A stretch of 64,000 nucleotides of DNA, taken from contig NC_092679.1 of the NCBI RefSeq assembly GCF_964355755.1, forward strand, positions 526,201 through 590,200, read 5' to 3'. The translations under genes and the position numbers were made by a program. The DNA is from Antedon mediterranea. Taxonomy: Eukaryota; Animalia; Echinodermata. Of the stretch, positions 1 to 13,290 are shown piece by piece; position 1 is the stretch's first letter, and the number at the start of each line of letters is the position of its first letter. The notes below the pieces were generated by a model that saw only the letters and a program-made list of their open reading frames with translations, did not search any database and was not told where the DNA came from.

Positions 1-1415
1 ACCATGACGCTTCATTCATGAAGTTTATGTCGACGAATTAAAGAAATAAAGCTTATATATTATAAAGAGCTTCACTTTCATTTTTGATAGGTCACTAGAA
101 AATGTCAAATATCATCCAAATAATGAGAAAAATTAAGCTATTATAAAATATCATACTTTACTTTTCAACAATAATTAATTGTGAAAAACATGAAAAGTTG
201 TGACTCAATGGTTAGAGCAGGTTCAACCGGACGTACCTGGTTCCGGTTAGACGACAGTGTGGCGCGTTTTCACGTGAATATCAACTAAATTATTATTTTC
301 TTACGTCTGATTAAGCTGTAAAAACTACAAAATTAAACGCTGATAAGACTTTATATTGTTCTATTACACTTTTTGTTTGATGTCGAATAAAACAATTTCA
401 CGCTAAGGAGCGTAAAATCGCTCACACGCTCATGTTCCAAGATTTTCTTGCAAATTAGAATTATGATTTAAATGATGGTAAACATGACTAACGTATTAAT
501 ACTGTATAACTAGAACTGGATTGATACCAGTGTGTTTGTCAGCACCAGCGCTTGCCATGTAATTACACGTCCAAATACACCTCCATGTAATTATAACCTA
601 ACCAATCAAAAGTCTAGGACTCTAATAATTATTTGCGCTTTGGGTGCAAAATTGTAAGCTGTGAAATACTAGGTATAGTTAGGTCGATAATAATATTAAC
701 TCATCTGATATGGGTCGGTGATCAAGGGACCGATTTGGAGGCGGCAGATCATGATTACCGAGATGTATCCGTCGGAATAGATCAAAGTCAAAATGGCCGA
801 AAAAAATTAAAACTTGCAACCCAAGACAATATTGCTGAATGCTGTCTAAGTTAAAAAGTACTGAAGCGGTATTTGTGGTCAAGTTGCATGGTGTGCTACA
901 ATATTATACCTATTTGGAATTTAGATGGTTCAGTTCTATTGAAACATTGAATTTGCAGGGCCTACGTGCAATTAATGTAGGATTTTATATACATAATATT
1001 TTATGAAATTACCGATAATTAAACATAATGTGATTATGTTAAAAATGCTTTTAAAAACAGGTCGATGTTTCCAAGACACGCGCGTATCATGACGTAATGA
1101 TACCATTAAATATACCGATATTATTTATCAGCAGTATAACAATTATGTCTAGATAGCCTATAGTTCAACAAATAAAGTGAAATAACAATCAATATCATTG
1201 TTTATTATTGATGACAACACCCACGTAGATTATTATATTTTATAACTGGGATTTGAAAAGGAAATTTCACAATAAATTAAAAATTGGTTGTACAAAATTT
1301 AAATTTGGTAAAGTTATAAATAACAACTGTTTTATTTGTTCGGGTTTGTCATTTGCTTGTATTTGCATTGTATAACTGTTACGTTCATGTCTAGAGCGAT
1401 AGTACTACAACGCAT

Positions 1416-2086
1416 ATGGTATCATCAGGGAGAACAACTCCCTGGTATCATACCCCATGTCAAATAATAGAACAACTCCCTGGTATCATACCCCATGTCA
1501 AATAATAGTTACGTTCATGTCTTGTATGGTACTATCATCAGGGAGAACAACTCCCTGGTATCATACCCCATGTCAAATAATAGTTACGTTCATGTCTTGT
1601 ATGGTATCATCAGGGAGAACAACTGCCTGGTATCATACCCCATGTCAAATAATAGTTACGTTCATGTCTTGTATGGTATCATCAGGGAGAACAACTCCCT
1701 GGTATCATACCCCATGTCAAATAATAGTTACGTTCATGTCTTGTATGGTATCATCAGGGAGAACAACTCCCTGGTATCATACCCCATGTCAAATAATAGT
1801 TACGTTCATGTCTTGTATGGTATCATCAGGGAGAACAACTCCCTGGTATCATACCCCATGTCAAATAATAGTTACGTTCATGTCTTGTATGGTATCATCA
1901 GGAAGAACAACTCCCTGGTATCATACCCCATGTCAAATAATAGTTACGTTCATGTCTTGTATGGTATCATCAGGGAGAACAACTGCCTGGTATCATACCC
2001 CATGTCAAATAATAGTTACGTTCATGTCTTGTATGGTATCATCAGGGAGAACAACTCCCTGGTATCATACCCCATGTCAAATAATA
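1416..2086. repeat. 72-bp tandem repeat, about 9 copies, with an internal hairpin
   Basis: Unit atggtatcatcagggagaacaactccctggtatcataccccatgtcaaataatagttacgttcatgtcttgt, near-identical copies; the 24-aa periodicity in ORFs 1457..2107 and 1495..2205 reflects the unit. Each unit contains cagggag-aacaa-ctccctg. Confidence 0.95.
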
Positions 2087-2277
2087 ATTTGTGTCGTCTA
2101 CGATTGATAATTAAATTGCGCTCGGCAACAAAGCTTCTCACTGCACTGATGAGAACCAATACCTTTGCAATGGTCACTTTGAACAAATTCCTGAGCGGTC
2201 AATGAACCCTGTATGTACGCCACTTGGTTGAAATAAAGGTGAAAGTTGATTGATTAATCAACCGCTTACTGCTTATA

Positions 2278-2804
2278 CAGTAGAACCTCCATTTTACGTA
2301 CGGTACGGGACCGAAAGGCGTACGTAAAACAAAGGATTCGTAAAATCAAGGTTGACCTTAAATTGACCCCAAATATGTAGAGATCGTAGCTATAAAGGCT
2401 ACCCTGTTTGTCTACTTTATTGAACAGCATGCAGGTTGTCACTAGCTAGGCCTTGCCTAGACTATTCAGGCCAGGCTAGCAGGCCTAGCAAGATGTGAGG
2501 CCTAACTAGAAAAGTACAGTACTGTACAGTATATACAGGCTGTGAGATGTTTAAATAAAGTGTAAAATATCAATGTTCTTGTATTTTCTATCAATAAAAA
2601 CAGTCGCTGCTTAAATGCACGTGCGTAGCTTGACTCAAACACAGCAGAATTCCACACACAGCCGCCATGATTGTGGCTTTGTGTGCTTTGTTGTTGTTAA
2701 ATTGCGCCCTCAATGTAAGAAAATGATGACGTCATCGGTTATTTTAAGCGTACGTAAAATCGAGGGAACGTAAAATCAGGGTACGTAAAACACAGGTTCT
2801 ACTG
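2278..2804. mobile_element. Non-autonomous Tc1/mariner (pogo/Tigger-like) MITE
   Basis: 24-bp TIRs cagtagaacct(cca/gtg)ttttacgtac with 3 mismatches; TA flanks at 2276-2277 and 2805-2806; subterminal cgtaaaa repeats at both ends; no transposase ORF. Confidence 0.85.
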
Positions 2805-3067
2805 TACATGTCAAAGACAATCATCCTCACATGTAGGCTTGACCACATCTTCACCTGTACGCTTGACCACAATGTCTGTTCATTCATGTTGTGTCTAAAA
2901 CGACTGGCCGTAATGCTATGTCCACAACTGTCCATTGCGTGTCCGCAAGAGTAATACTAAATAGTTATCTTAAGCTTGACCTTTTACAACCATTTTGAAA
3001 GTATAATGACCCGAGAGTTAATGAATGCTGCGAGTGAGATCTTAGTTCACACGGACTGTTATCTTAA

Positions 3068-3693
3068 AGACCCCTTCCCTGCAATTTTGGACGTTTTTTG
3101 GAAAATAATACATATATATCACTTTAAAAACATTAAACCATGTCATTCCTTGTCTTAAATGTACGTTTTATGGTAAATTATGATAAAAAGTGAGAAACAA
3201 TGCACTACCTAAGTAGCTCGCGGCGATCGACCTCTCGTGGACGGTCTTAGGCCTAGCCTAGCTAGGCTTAGTTTTGTAGGCCTAGCTGGTAAACATCGGT
3301 AACGTACGAACATCGTACGCTACCTATATACCTAGCCTGACGTTGTATAGTTGCTGCATTAATTGTCTTTCTATTTTTGCCAGACTCCGTTGATACAAAT
3401 TGGGGAAAACCCGGTATTTTCGCTGAAAAGTTAGGAGTCTTCCATTTGTTTTGGCCTCACGATCGATCGAAAAGTGGGCGAATTACAGGTGAAAAACAAA
3501 AATATCAATCCGCGCGCAATGCATTTTGGGATTTATAGCGGGCCGCTATAATTATTAGAATCGACTTATTTTTCACATTTTTAACCGTTTAAAGACGAAA
3601 AAAGTTATCGCAATAGGACCATATAGTATTATTTTTACATTAAATATAGTTTGTGATCTTAAATTAGATCTAAAAAACGTAGGGAATGGGGCT
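3068..3693. mobile_element. Non-autonomous TTAA-flanked DNA transposon (Kolobok-like)
   Basis: TTAA at 3064-3067 and 3694-3697; imperfect TIRs agaccccttccct versus reverse complement agccccattccct; AG...CT termini. Confidence 0.65.
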
Positions 3694-3923
3694 TTAAGTA
3701 AAATGAAACTATTCCTAAGATTTGGACTGTAGTACAAAATTACACTTCAACGGCTTTAGAGTGCGCGCGTACACTTTATGTTACTGCCATGATTGCCCTG
3801 TAGTAGGTCAATATGTATGCATGTTTCCTAGTCAGTTGTAAAATGATTTAGATTAATTAGTTATCAATTCATCAATAAATAAATAAATAAATTATTTAAG
3901 CTAAAAAACAATAACATACGTAC

Positions 3924-4419
3924 CATTATCTGAGTTGTAAATGTCTTCTTCGTGGTCCCCTCCATTTATTACTTCAATTGTTATTTCAATATTTGGGTTT
4001 GGTGTTGTGAAATTAGGAATATATTTGCTGTCAAAGTTACCGACCATCTCGGCTAATTTCTTTAACAAAAATTCTGAATTATTTTCATCAATAAGAACCG
4101 CGCTGGATCGCTTATCCCGTGTTGCCATGTTTTCCTCTCCTACCGCGTCTGCGTAATAGTCATATGTGTAATAATCCTCATTATTTATATTCTGATCTTC
4201 TGTCATACTATCGTCTGCTGTTACAGAATCTAATTCTAAAAGCCCTCTTAATCCTCTTCTTATTCTATATTGCACTTTTGATTGATTTGATGAGTCTGTT
4301 TTTTTATTTTCTAATTTGTCTTTTACATCTTCATTATTATTTATTTTTTTTGTTTCCTGCGTCGATTGATAGCTTCTACTCGTTCTTTCAGTTTTTGACG
4401 TTCTCATAAAATTTACAAT
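3924..4419 (-). CDS. Internal coding exon of a putative secreted proprotein (acidic, furin sites RIRR and RDKR)
   Basis: Stop-free 165-codon frame in AT-rich DNA; acceptor ttttttttag|ATT at 4420-4421 in phase 0; donor G|gtacgt (exon end 3924) or AC|gtatgt (exon end 3920); protein-like composition with RIRR, RDKR and EDYYTYDYYAD. Confidence 0.6.
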
Positions 4420-7400
4420 CTAAAAAAAATAATAGTATAATTTAGTTTTATCTTTACTTTAGGCCTATATTCTGCATTTTTTAACTTGCCTAATGAAGAC
4501 AACATAAAGTAGTAAGGGTATAAACAATATTATAAAAAAATACACATTTTGTAGTATTGTCACTCTGGCGTTCCATACGTTATGACGTATGTGTTTGCAA
4601 AACATGATTTTATTAGGCCTATATCAATAGTAGGTCAAAAGGTCAAAAGATGCGTTGATGTCAGGATAAGGTCCACAAGAATGTTGATGTTAAATTAATA
4701 CTGACAGGACGATATTGGTTTCCTTTTCTTGGAAAATTTCTCTTCTTCTAGTCAATATAAAAAAATAAATAAAATGTTTACAAATGTTTTGCCATGATTT
4801 CTTATTATTATGAAAATTAGTCTGTCAGAAAAACCTAAAATATTGGGATAAAAAAATAATTCGTACCGATATTAATCAAGTTTGTATGGTTTAATTATAC
4901 TCTAATATTATCATTTACTCAACAATACAGACTAATTTACCATCATAATTTGCTTACTTTCATCAAAATGGTTATCATACAAAATATAGATCACAGTATG
5001 TAATCGATGAATATTACAAAGATTAAGCATTTCATTCCGACTGTCAAATTAATTGTGGTCGGGTTTTCAGTACATCACACAGACTTTTGTAATTGTGGTC
5101 AGGTTTTCAGTACATCGCATTCCTTCGTAATTACGGTCAGGTATCTCTAACGAACCAGTTTATTGGCCTATATATGCACGGACGGACTTACATAAAGTAT
5201 TATGATTGGAAATAAATTGCGGAAGCCTAATAAAAGTGGCCACGTTACCGATATTTCTGTGAGGAGAGATTATTTTGTATAAGAGTATTTTTAAACCAGG
5301 AATAAATGTTAGAAGTGCTTTTTTAGGACAGTGTCTCCTCGTGTGCGGATTCGGTAAAAATGCAAAGACAAAGACACATTATAGGCCTAGTTTATAAATG
5401 TCTGCCATTTTTTATATTAAGAGTTCGAACTAATCAACTTGATAGATAACGTAATAAGTTGTCTCATTCACCGATAATTAAAACATGTCATTATGATTGG
5501 AACACGAAGATAATTGGGACAAATTAAATAATTAGAGCAAATCAAAATAATAAATATAGGTAGGATGCACAATTTCAAATCGAGCAGAAATGTTTTGATG
5601 TCTTATCTTCTCGTTCACAGGGTGTGAATTCCTTATCAAAACTGGTTTTGCACATATCGAAACGTTTGTGCCGCTAGCCATGTGTGGGCTCCGTTGCCAG
5701 CATAGTACCCAAGCAGGGAGCGTGACCCCCGGGGAGGGGGTAATACGCAGGCAATTAGGTACACAGCAGATTCGACATTTAGTGCTGAGCACGTTAATAA
5801 GAACAATACGAGACATGCTTCATTTATAACGTTACGCTCGTATTCAGTAATAATCAGAGGTTTATTACACAGAAAGAAAAACGGAAAATGAATTTCAGTT
5901 CAACTAAATATGCGGTATACTTCTAAAAAAACATCAGAGCAGTCACTATGTAGTTCGGGTCGGTAAAATTAGAAATGTAAATATAAACGATAGCTTTAAG
6001 CCATCTCTATTTAATACTTATAAAGATTGGATTATGTTAGCGGCGGCATAAAATCAACCACATACACCATTCATAAATCCAGGAAATGCTTAGTGAACAA
6101 AAATAAAATTCGTGAAATGCTTGAAAATACTACAGTATTTTAATTGTAGAATGACGGGTAGCCTTACCTATACAAATGTTTACCGTTGAGGTAAAGCATG
6201 ATTGGCCTACTACATTGGATTCACACGTTATTATTGTACCACTAGCTTACTTCAAACCGCTATTGATGATGAAGAGTGAACCCTACCCCTTTGGTCGAGT
6301 ATAGGAGGATCGGAAGACGCAAACGCACGAGGACAGTTGTGATGACAATGACCCATCGTGATTGGTCAAATTATTTGCGTTGCTCTTCTTACGTCTTTGC
6401 CTGGCGTCCTAGAGAATCTTAAGCTTAATTAAAGCAATTGGGTATTATTTGTACTGTTCTTAGTGAACTATGTACTACGTTGTATTAGTATGACGGGGAA
6501 CAAGAAAGGAAGCAAGGTTCTCAATTGAAACTCTGTACAATCAATAGTTAAGTCTCAAGTTTAAGTGCATACAGCAAGCAGACTACCACTAGTTTTACGC
6601 TGAGACAACAATCACTCAATTATCTGTTGTCTCAGCACTTAAGCAACTGTTCTTAATATCTTCCGTTAAATAATACAGCAAAGTTTATATTACTTTCCTT
6701 CAGTTTGTCTAGTGGTTAGTGTTTCAATTGAGTGTTTAAAATCGGCTCCAAAGTATGACTTCCGAGTTATTAAATACATGCATTTCACGGTGAACGCTTA
6801 ACCGTAACAATCCTTCATTGAATTCATCGAATTAAGACATGCGTTACAGAATAAACGCATTGGAGCGTGTGTAACGCGAAAACAGTGGATGTGTAGCGGG
6901 AGGTTGGATCAGCCATCGCGCGCCTTTCTCGTCCATTGTCACCTGCGTGAGTGCAGTTACCGGACCTTTTGTCCGCCACTCATTTGACAGGTGACCTTAA
7001 AGTGTCAATCAATGTTGGTACTTTATATACCTCACGTTAAATATTTTATGCGAAGAATATTTCGTAAATAACTTGATAAATTATTGAAACCAGGCGTCTA
7101 CTTATTGAAATAGTATAAAGATAGAAATTAATATTGAATTAACAAACAGCAAGTGATAATATATCTATAAGCATTAAGGACTACGTATACAATAAAAGAC
7201 CACCACGTACTATTATATAATAGTTCAACATAGCATAGGAAAGATTTAAGTTTCGATGTGGACTAAACAGTCGTCGTGATTGTAGTGTGCCGCTGATTAA
7301 AAAACGAACGTCAATAAACGTCAATAAATTATTATTAATTACAGACCCGAAATTGAACTCAATATTTTTAAAAACCAGCAACTGATATTTGATATACAAT

Positions 7401-10400
7401 ATATTTGAAAATCTGTCATTTAATTGATTTTAAAATTTACAATCGGACTATTTATAAGTTCGTCAACCTAGGAATTTCTGCTCGAAATTTTGAAATTCCA
7501 TTTTTAAACTACCACGGCATACTTTGATGTCCAAAAGTCATGGAATAAAATTAAAAACGTCTAAATCTTATCCTTTAAAACAAAATAGTCGAAATACCTT
7601 CACAAATCAGTATTATTGCAGTCATCGTTACTAAGCTTGGTTTCTAAAGACGCAACGCAGGCAATATTGACCAATCGAAAGCGAGGGACTATCTGTTGCT
7701 TGATTGGTCAAATTATGTTGCGCGTACAATTTTTTTTGTTGTAATACTGATTTCTTAGCGCTATTAACGGAGAAACACTGTAAAAACAGGAGGTAGGACC
7801 TCTGAAAGAGAACTGTGTGTAAAAAGTGCCAAATTAAGTTGATTATGTGCTCATAGATTTGGACAAATGGCAGAGTACGAATGATATCAATTGAAAAAAT
7901 CTTTGCTTCGACCAATATCGTGCTAAAACTGTTTACTTAAGTGTATTCTCTAAAGTAAATATTTTATTTTCAATACATTCTTTTTTTATAATACATTGAC
8001 CGTGACGCCACACGGAGTAGTCCTTATAGAGATCAGCATGGTACTGTTGACGTCGCAGGCCTAACCGTCAGGACGTTCCAGCGTCTGGCGCCTGCGTGTT
8101 GCCAAAATATATGCAGGCGTGATGAACCGCTTGCGGGCCTAGTATTCAATATCATACGTTTTATAGAATATTTTATGAATTAGTTTAATCGTACACAAAG
8201 ATAGTTCACACTTAGATATGAAACAGTGCTTACGGATTGTCAATTTAACCAACGTGATAGGTACGTTGTCACCCTTTGCGTCTGGTAGAGTGCAATTTTT
8301 ACCAAAAATTAAGTGATCGACAGTTAGTTATAGGAGGACAGGCCATTGATTGACAAGTGATACGAACGTATTTCCAATAGAATAACCATGTATGTACCTT
8401 TATAATAAGAATAAACATTATTATAGGTAAAGCGACGAACATCTGAACTTAAGGAATAGGTAAAGTAAGCATCTTAATCCACAAATTATTACCGGACTAA
8501 GGGTACGTTCACACGTACAGTGTAAGACTGGCGTTGCTTACGGAAGTGGTAAAGTAATCCACAGATTAAACAATCCTACACATTTATTAGTTATTTCGCA
8601 GTAGGCTCATTTTTTCCCTAGATATGGAATCGGACTGGATAACGACTTCATCATGGGCTGTACTTATATATTTTATTAGGGCGGCATCTTTAGAATTTAA
8701 GAAGGCGTAAATCATCGAGACGTTTGATTTGTTTAATATTCTTATATTGACACACGTTCTTCTTGAATACCGGAACCCGTATGTAGTTCCTGCCAGTATA
8801 GCCGCAGTACTGTTATTCAATTCCATTCAATTCAATCTTTTATATCAGAATCTCTGTTTCATTTCGTTAGATAAAATAGGAATGGGTCAGATTTCTATAA
8901 GGCACGTGGATGGAAGGAAATAAAATAAATTCTGAAGGCGATTCCTAATGACAGTTGATTTCACCGTAAATGTTTTGTAAATACTGATTACGAAGCTAAA
9001 AAATGCGCATATTTATCGTCTGGCGCGACCACAAGCGCAATCAATCTAGATGACGTAGGCCTACGCGAGTATCATCATTCTGGTCCTACAACCCTCTTTA
9101 GTCCGGTACACTATACTAATATCATTTATATACTTAATAAGGGCATAGATCACAGACACACGACAGTAAATGAAAAACAAAATAGTGTAAAATAATACAA
9201 CTTTCGAGAGGCTTACATACATCTGCTATAGTTGTCAATGAAGAAATCGTAGAGCAATTACAGAAACGTTTGTGCCGTGGAATGGAACGCAGAAATCCGG
9301 GATAACATCACGGTATTCTTTTACAAACGACCGGTAAGTATGCTTATGACACGTGCGTATACTTAAACATTCAATCACAAACTAAGAATAAATAAATAAA
9401 GACCATTATACACCACCACGTGACAGGCGCTTAAAATAATTATTTACACAAAATCTATAGACCTATGTATATACTGTTCGGATCGGAGTGGTTACCAACT
9501 TAATTGACACAATTAATAACCAACTTAATTAGAGAAATAGAATGTATAGTTAGAGCTCCGAAGGTGGTGAAGAATGCATGCCATGGGTATACCTGGTACG
9601 CCCCTAGGGTACGCCCCTAGGGTACACCTAGGTATACTTAATTAAAGCACGGTATTTAAGTCAACGAAGGGGGTCAGGAATGTCCAGGGCTTTCCCTGGT
9701 TGTCCTACGGCTCAACACTGCACCTATCAGCGTATTGCTTTCATCTTATTGATTACTTCTACATTCAAATATTGCCAAATATACAAAATACACCTTGACC
9801 ATGACTTCCAAGAAGTTTGGACAAATACCAACAAACTAAAAGAGTACAGAATTACTAAATAAATGTCCCCTGAATAGGGGTTTGCCGTAGTGTTAAAACA
9901 CATTTCCCCTCGTCGTCCGTTCACCGCATCATTTGAAAGTGTCCCCTTATAGTTTATGAATACTAAAGAAGTCCCAAATGGTTTTACTGTATTTGTTACC
10001 GGTATACTATTTAATACTACAACATATCCATGGACCTGTGATAGCCACTACATGTCGCCATCGTCAGTGGCATTTTTAGGCAGGGAGTAGTCAAGTGTCG
10101 ACAACGTTTTATTTATAAATTGTGAAGAACGTTGTCTCCACAACTAATTGTTCACTGTTAAAATTAATGAGACCAATCGTGTACTAATTAGAGCAATACC
10201 TGTCAGGCCATGAACTAAAATTATTGGCATAATTTAAAATGAACAGTTTGTAAGAGCTTTCCGGTTCAATCAACGTGATGACAACATTACACAATAGGGC
10301 TATAGCCTATTTGTTTCGAATGATATAGGCCTATATACATGTAGCCTATACGTGTAAACCAATCAGTATTGCTGGATATGCCAACTGAGGACCATTTTGT

Positions 10401-10632
10401 CATTCATCATGGACTAGAGTAGTAGAAACACCCGCGACATGTGGTGTGGGGTGGGGGGGGGGGGGTGGGAGATCTCTCCTATCTATCGGGATACCTACAC
10501 CTCGAGATACGTAATCACAAAATGAATAATGAATGTATCCCATCTGTTACATACAATGCCAATTAATGCCATTTATGTGATGTAAATACTAGAAAGTTTT
10601 AGACAAATAAATATAAAAGTATGTTTACTTAC

Positions 10633-10740
10633 TTCTATATTATCATTTATGGTTGGAGATGAAACAAACGTGAGAACTAAAAATGTTATGGCCAGAAACC
10701 ATACGGCACACAGATGCGCAAGCCTGTCCGGTGGTACCAT
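10633..10740 (-). CDS. Putative first coding exon (signal peptide) of the same secreted proprotein
   Basis: ATG at 10740 in good context (actATGG); MVPPDRLAHLCAVWFLAITFLVLTFVSSPTINDNIE has a hydrophobic core; strong donor GAA|gtaagt in phase 0, matching the phase-0 acceptor at 4419. The ORF-track start at 10845 is a TTG. Confidence 0.55.
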
Positions 10741-11350
10741 AGTTAAATTCCCGATTCCAGTGTTGCTAGGCCTAGAATATAGGCAACCTTCCACGGACAA
10801 GGTGGCTTCAATACTCCCTTTAGAAGACGACGGGTATACATCCAAAGTAGCCTACGGCCATTGCGATAAATAAAGCAAAACAAACCAACGGAACAGTTAT
10901 GACTTTATAAAGTAATGTACAAAGTTTGTTTAATAACTGCGCCAAAATATTCGCGTAAAAGTCTCTAATTAGGTAATAAGTGTCCGTACTTTTTAGGCAT
11001 CAACTTAAAAACTGTGAGCCCACTGAATTCTACTACCAAACGCCATTCATAACAAAATAATTAAAGTCCTTGGAATGTTCACAAATGTTTACAAAACGTG
11101 TATTGCTTCTTTCAATCAACTTGTCTCAAGTTCTACTAAGTCTTCTATTAAGTTTGTTCTTGATACCAGACTTAATTGTCAAACACTTCTACTGTCGTAC
11201 AACTTGCTACGTGTTTTAATCCATGCTTTCATACACTCGACTGGTTAATAAGATAGGTATGTTCATCGTATATAACTCTCAAACCAACTCAACTATTACT
11301 AATAATACAAACCTTTCTCTTTTACTATAAGCATGTGCGTTCGCAGCGTA

Positions 11351-11418
11351 CATTGGTTAAAATGTGAGTCATGTGTCAGCCAATCAGAATTGCGGGTGGT
11401 ATGCTTCGTAGCCAATCG
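11351..11418. promoter_or_regulatory. Candidate promoter cluster (three CCAAT boxes and a TGAGTCA AP-1-type site)
   Basis: cattgg, agccaatcag and agccaatcg within 70 bp, plus tgagtca, about 600 bp upstream of the minus-strand ATG at 10740. Motif match only. Confidence 0.3.
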
Positions 11419-12542
11419 AATTTGTTTTCTAGTGTACTATGAAAGGAATAGTAGGCCTATATAAGTTTTTCACGGGACTTTAATACTGTACTAGTAATAA
11501 AATAGCATATTTATCATAAATCAAATTTTTTTTTTAAATACTATATCAATGGAATAAAAAAGGGCATGGGAAATGAATGGAAAAAAACGACGAAGCCTGA
11601 TATGAATAATTTGCTTTACGGATTATCGAGTTGGACCGCTAGCAGGGTATGTTCCATTGTTTAGGTTGATTTAGATTGTGTGTATATTTACAGGAGTATT
11701 TAAATATCCTACCGGGAACCATGACCTATTGTATCCTTTTTTATATATAGGCCTAATTGTTTTATTGAATTACAGTTGTAAATGATTTTCACCTGTAAAA
11801 CATCATAAGCGTTCGTTATGTTTTCTAAATACTGAATGCTGTTAGTATTCTGTATTCTATATCGTAGGCATGTTGTGAAAAAATCCATGTATCTATAAAC
11901 TGGTCTAATAATAATGATAATATAGTCATGAATTCCAGCAAGGGGGAAACTATGATCCTATATGTTAGACGCAGTGTGAACGTTCGTGTGTTCAAGCAGT
12001 CTCTATGTTGTGTTGACGCATGTGGAAGGCTCCCAAACGAATCGGATTCCCAGCTCACAGCAAGTTGCGGGACCACTGTCACCACATCTATAACCGCGAG
12101 GCCATTCATAACCTCGAAGCAAGACTACAATTCCCAGTTCAACTTAAGTGTAGAATGAGAGAAAGGTGCATTGTAATAAGTAAATTAAATGACTAGATCC
12201 AATGGGAATTGTTTCTTTAAAGTCAGATTTGTCAAATTAAATGTATGTAAACTTTGCTATTTACTTTTCACTGGGACACAATTGTAGTGTTGATGTTATG
12301 GCACCAACCACTAACTTGACTTATTGTGAAGTGGTAAACGTCGAAGACGATAAACAAACTACAGTAATAGTAACTGAACTGCTATCTCTCCAAAAATTAA
12401 TAATCTAATTAAACCGAGGAAAGAAGTGAGTTATGAGGATACAGTACATAAAATGATTGAAAAAAAGATAGTCATACTATTGAATATCCCACTAAGTCTG
12501 TAGACTTGTGTTTCCAGTGGGGTCTTCTGGTGGTGAATTGGT

Positions 12543-12612
12543 CAGTACATTTGGACGCTCTTTAACATGTACAGGAGCACACGGAACCAACGGCTTAACG
12601 GCTCATCCGAAA
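12543..12612 (-). mobile_element. SINE fragment resembling the conserved Deu/Nin central domain
   Basis: Reverse complement reads ttcggatgagccgttaagccgttggttccgtgtg...atgttaaagagc, which resembles the TTCGGATGAGACGTTAAACCG core of Deu-domain SINEs (recalled from memory, not aligned). Confidence 0.45.
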
Positions 12613-12730
12613 ATCTCTGGGTCCAAGATGTTGAAAAGGGTGTGTTTGGCACCGCCATAATTACAAAGTGTCCTATATATTTTGCATAGTATTTTTCTCC
12701 CCTCCCCCTCCCCCTCAATTTCGATTCACA

Positions 12731-12877
12731 TGCGCATGCGTTAGTCGCGGTATTCCGTTTGTTAGATTAGTGTTTGTGCACCCATGATAACAAAGAATCG
12801 AGATTATTCGGGATTATTCGGGATTGTCGTCGGGACTGCTCAGATTACTTTAGAGGATACATTTGTTATTAAATACG
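12731..12877 (+). promoter_or_regulatory. Candidate promoter / non-coding first exon with an NRF1-type motif
   Basis: tgcgcatgcg at 12731-12740, CpG-richer tract downstream, donor-like ACG|gtaata at 12878; lies between the divergent secreted-protein and HTD2 genes. Confidence 0.3.
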
Positions 12878-13218
12878 GTAATAATTCAATTGAAATGCGA
12901 GGAATTTTAATTCATGGCTATACGATTATGGAAAAGATTTAATTTACTAATATTAACCTTGTATAAGATTTATTTTTGCATATTTGTTTGCATAGCGACG
13001 ACGTAGTAGCGGTACTGTACTGATTTGGGAACTTAGAAAACAAACGAAATACGGTAGGCCTATACCGTTATAAATTAATCAGATAAAAGTTTTAATCGTT
13101 AAACAAATTAAATATGAGGTTACATCAGAAGTTATGGAAAAGAGAACTCAAAACATGCAACGGATTTAAGAAGAGACCCCTTAAAAAGTTAATTAAAAAA
13201 CATAACAGGAATTATAAT

Positions 13219-13290
13219 GGAGCTGTAGCTTGGTGGTTGACGTGCTTGCCTTCCAATCCCAAGGTCCAGGGTTCAATCCTGAGCTAGTGT
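13219..13290 (+). mobile_element. tRNA-derived SINE head or tRNA pseudogene
   Basis: A-box tagcttggtgg and B-box ggttcaatcc at tRNA-like spacing; gccttccaa resembles a Gly(TCC) anticodon arm, but the acceptor and anticodon stems do not pair. Confidence 0.6.

Noticed and set aside
1416-2086. CRISPR array or hammerhead array (CTGATGA occurs on the minus strand of each 72-bp unit)
   Set aside because: Units are identical with no unique spacers and no cas genes; after CTGATGA there is no pairing stem II and no GAAA box.
1457-2205. ORFs of 216 and 236 aa
   Set aside because: They are translations of the 72-bp tandem repeat in two frames, with no domain or splice support.
2098-2956. Cys-containing minus-strand segments (2956-2855 YYSCGHAMDSCG...; 2208-2098 ...HCKGIGSHQCSEKLCCRAQ) as downstream exons of the secreted protein
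   Set aside because: Both are open in phase 0, whereas the upstream exon ends in phase 1 or 2; polypyrimidine tracts are weak and there is no recognisable cystine-knot spacing.
5532-5816. GC-richer segment and 94-aa ORF
   Set aside because: No recognisable domain in the frames I read, no matched splice-site pair, and no ribozyme or tRNA fold that I could build.
13219-13290. Functional tRNA-Gly
   Set aside because: The acceptor and anticodon stems do not pair; reported as a SINE head or pseudogene instead.
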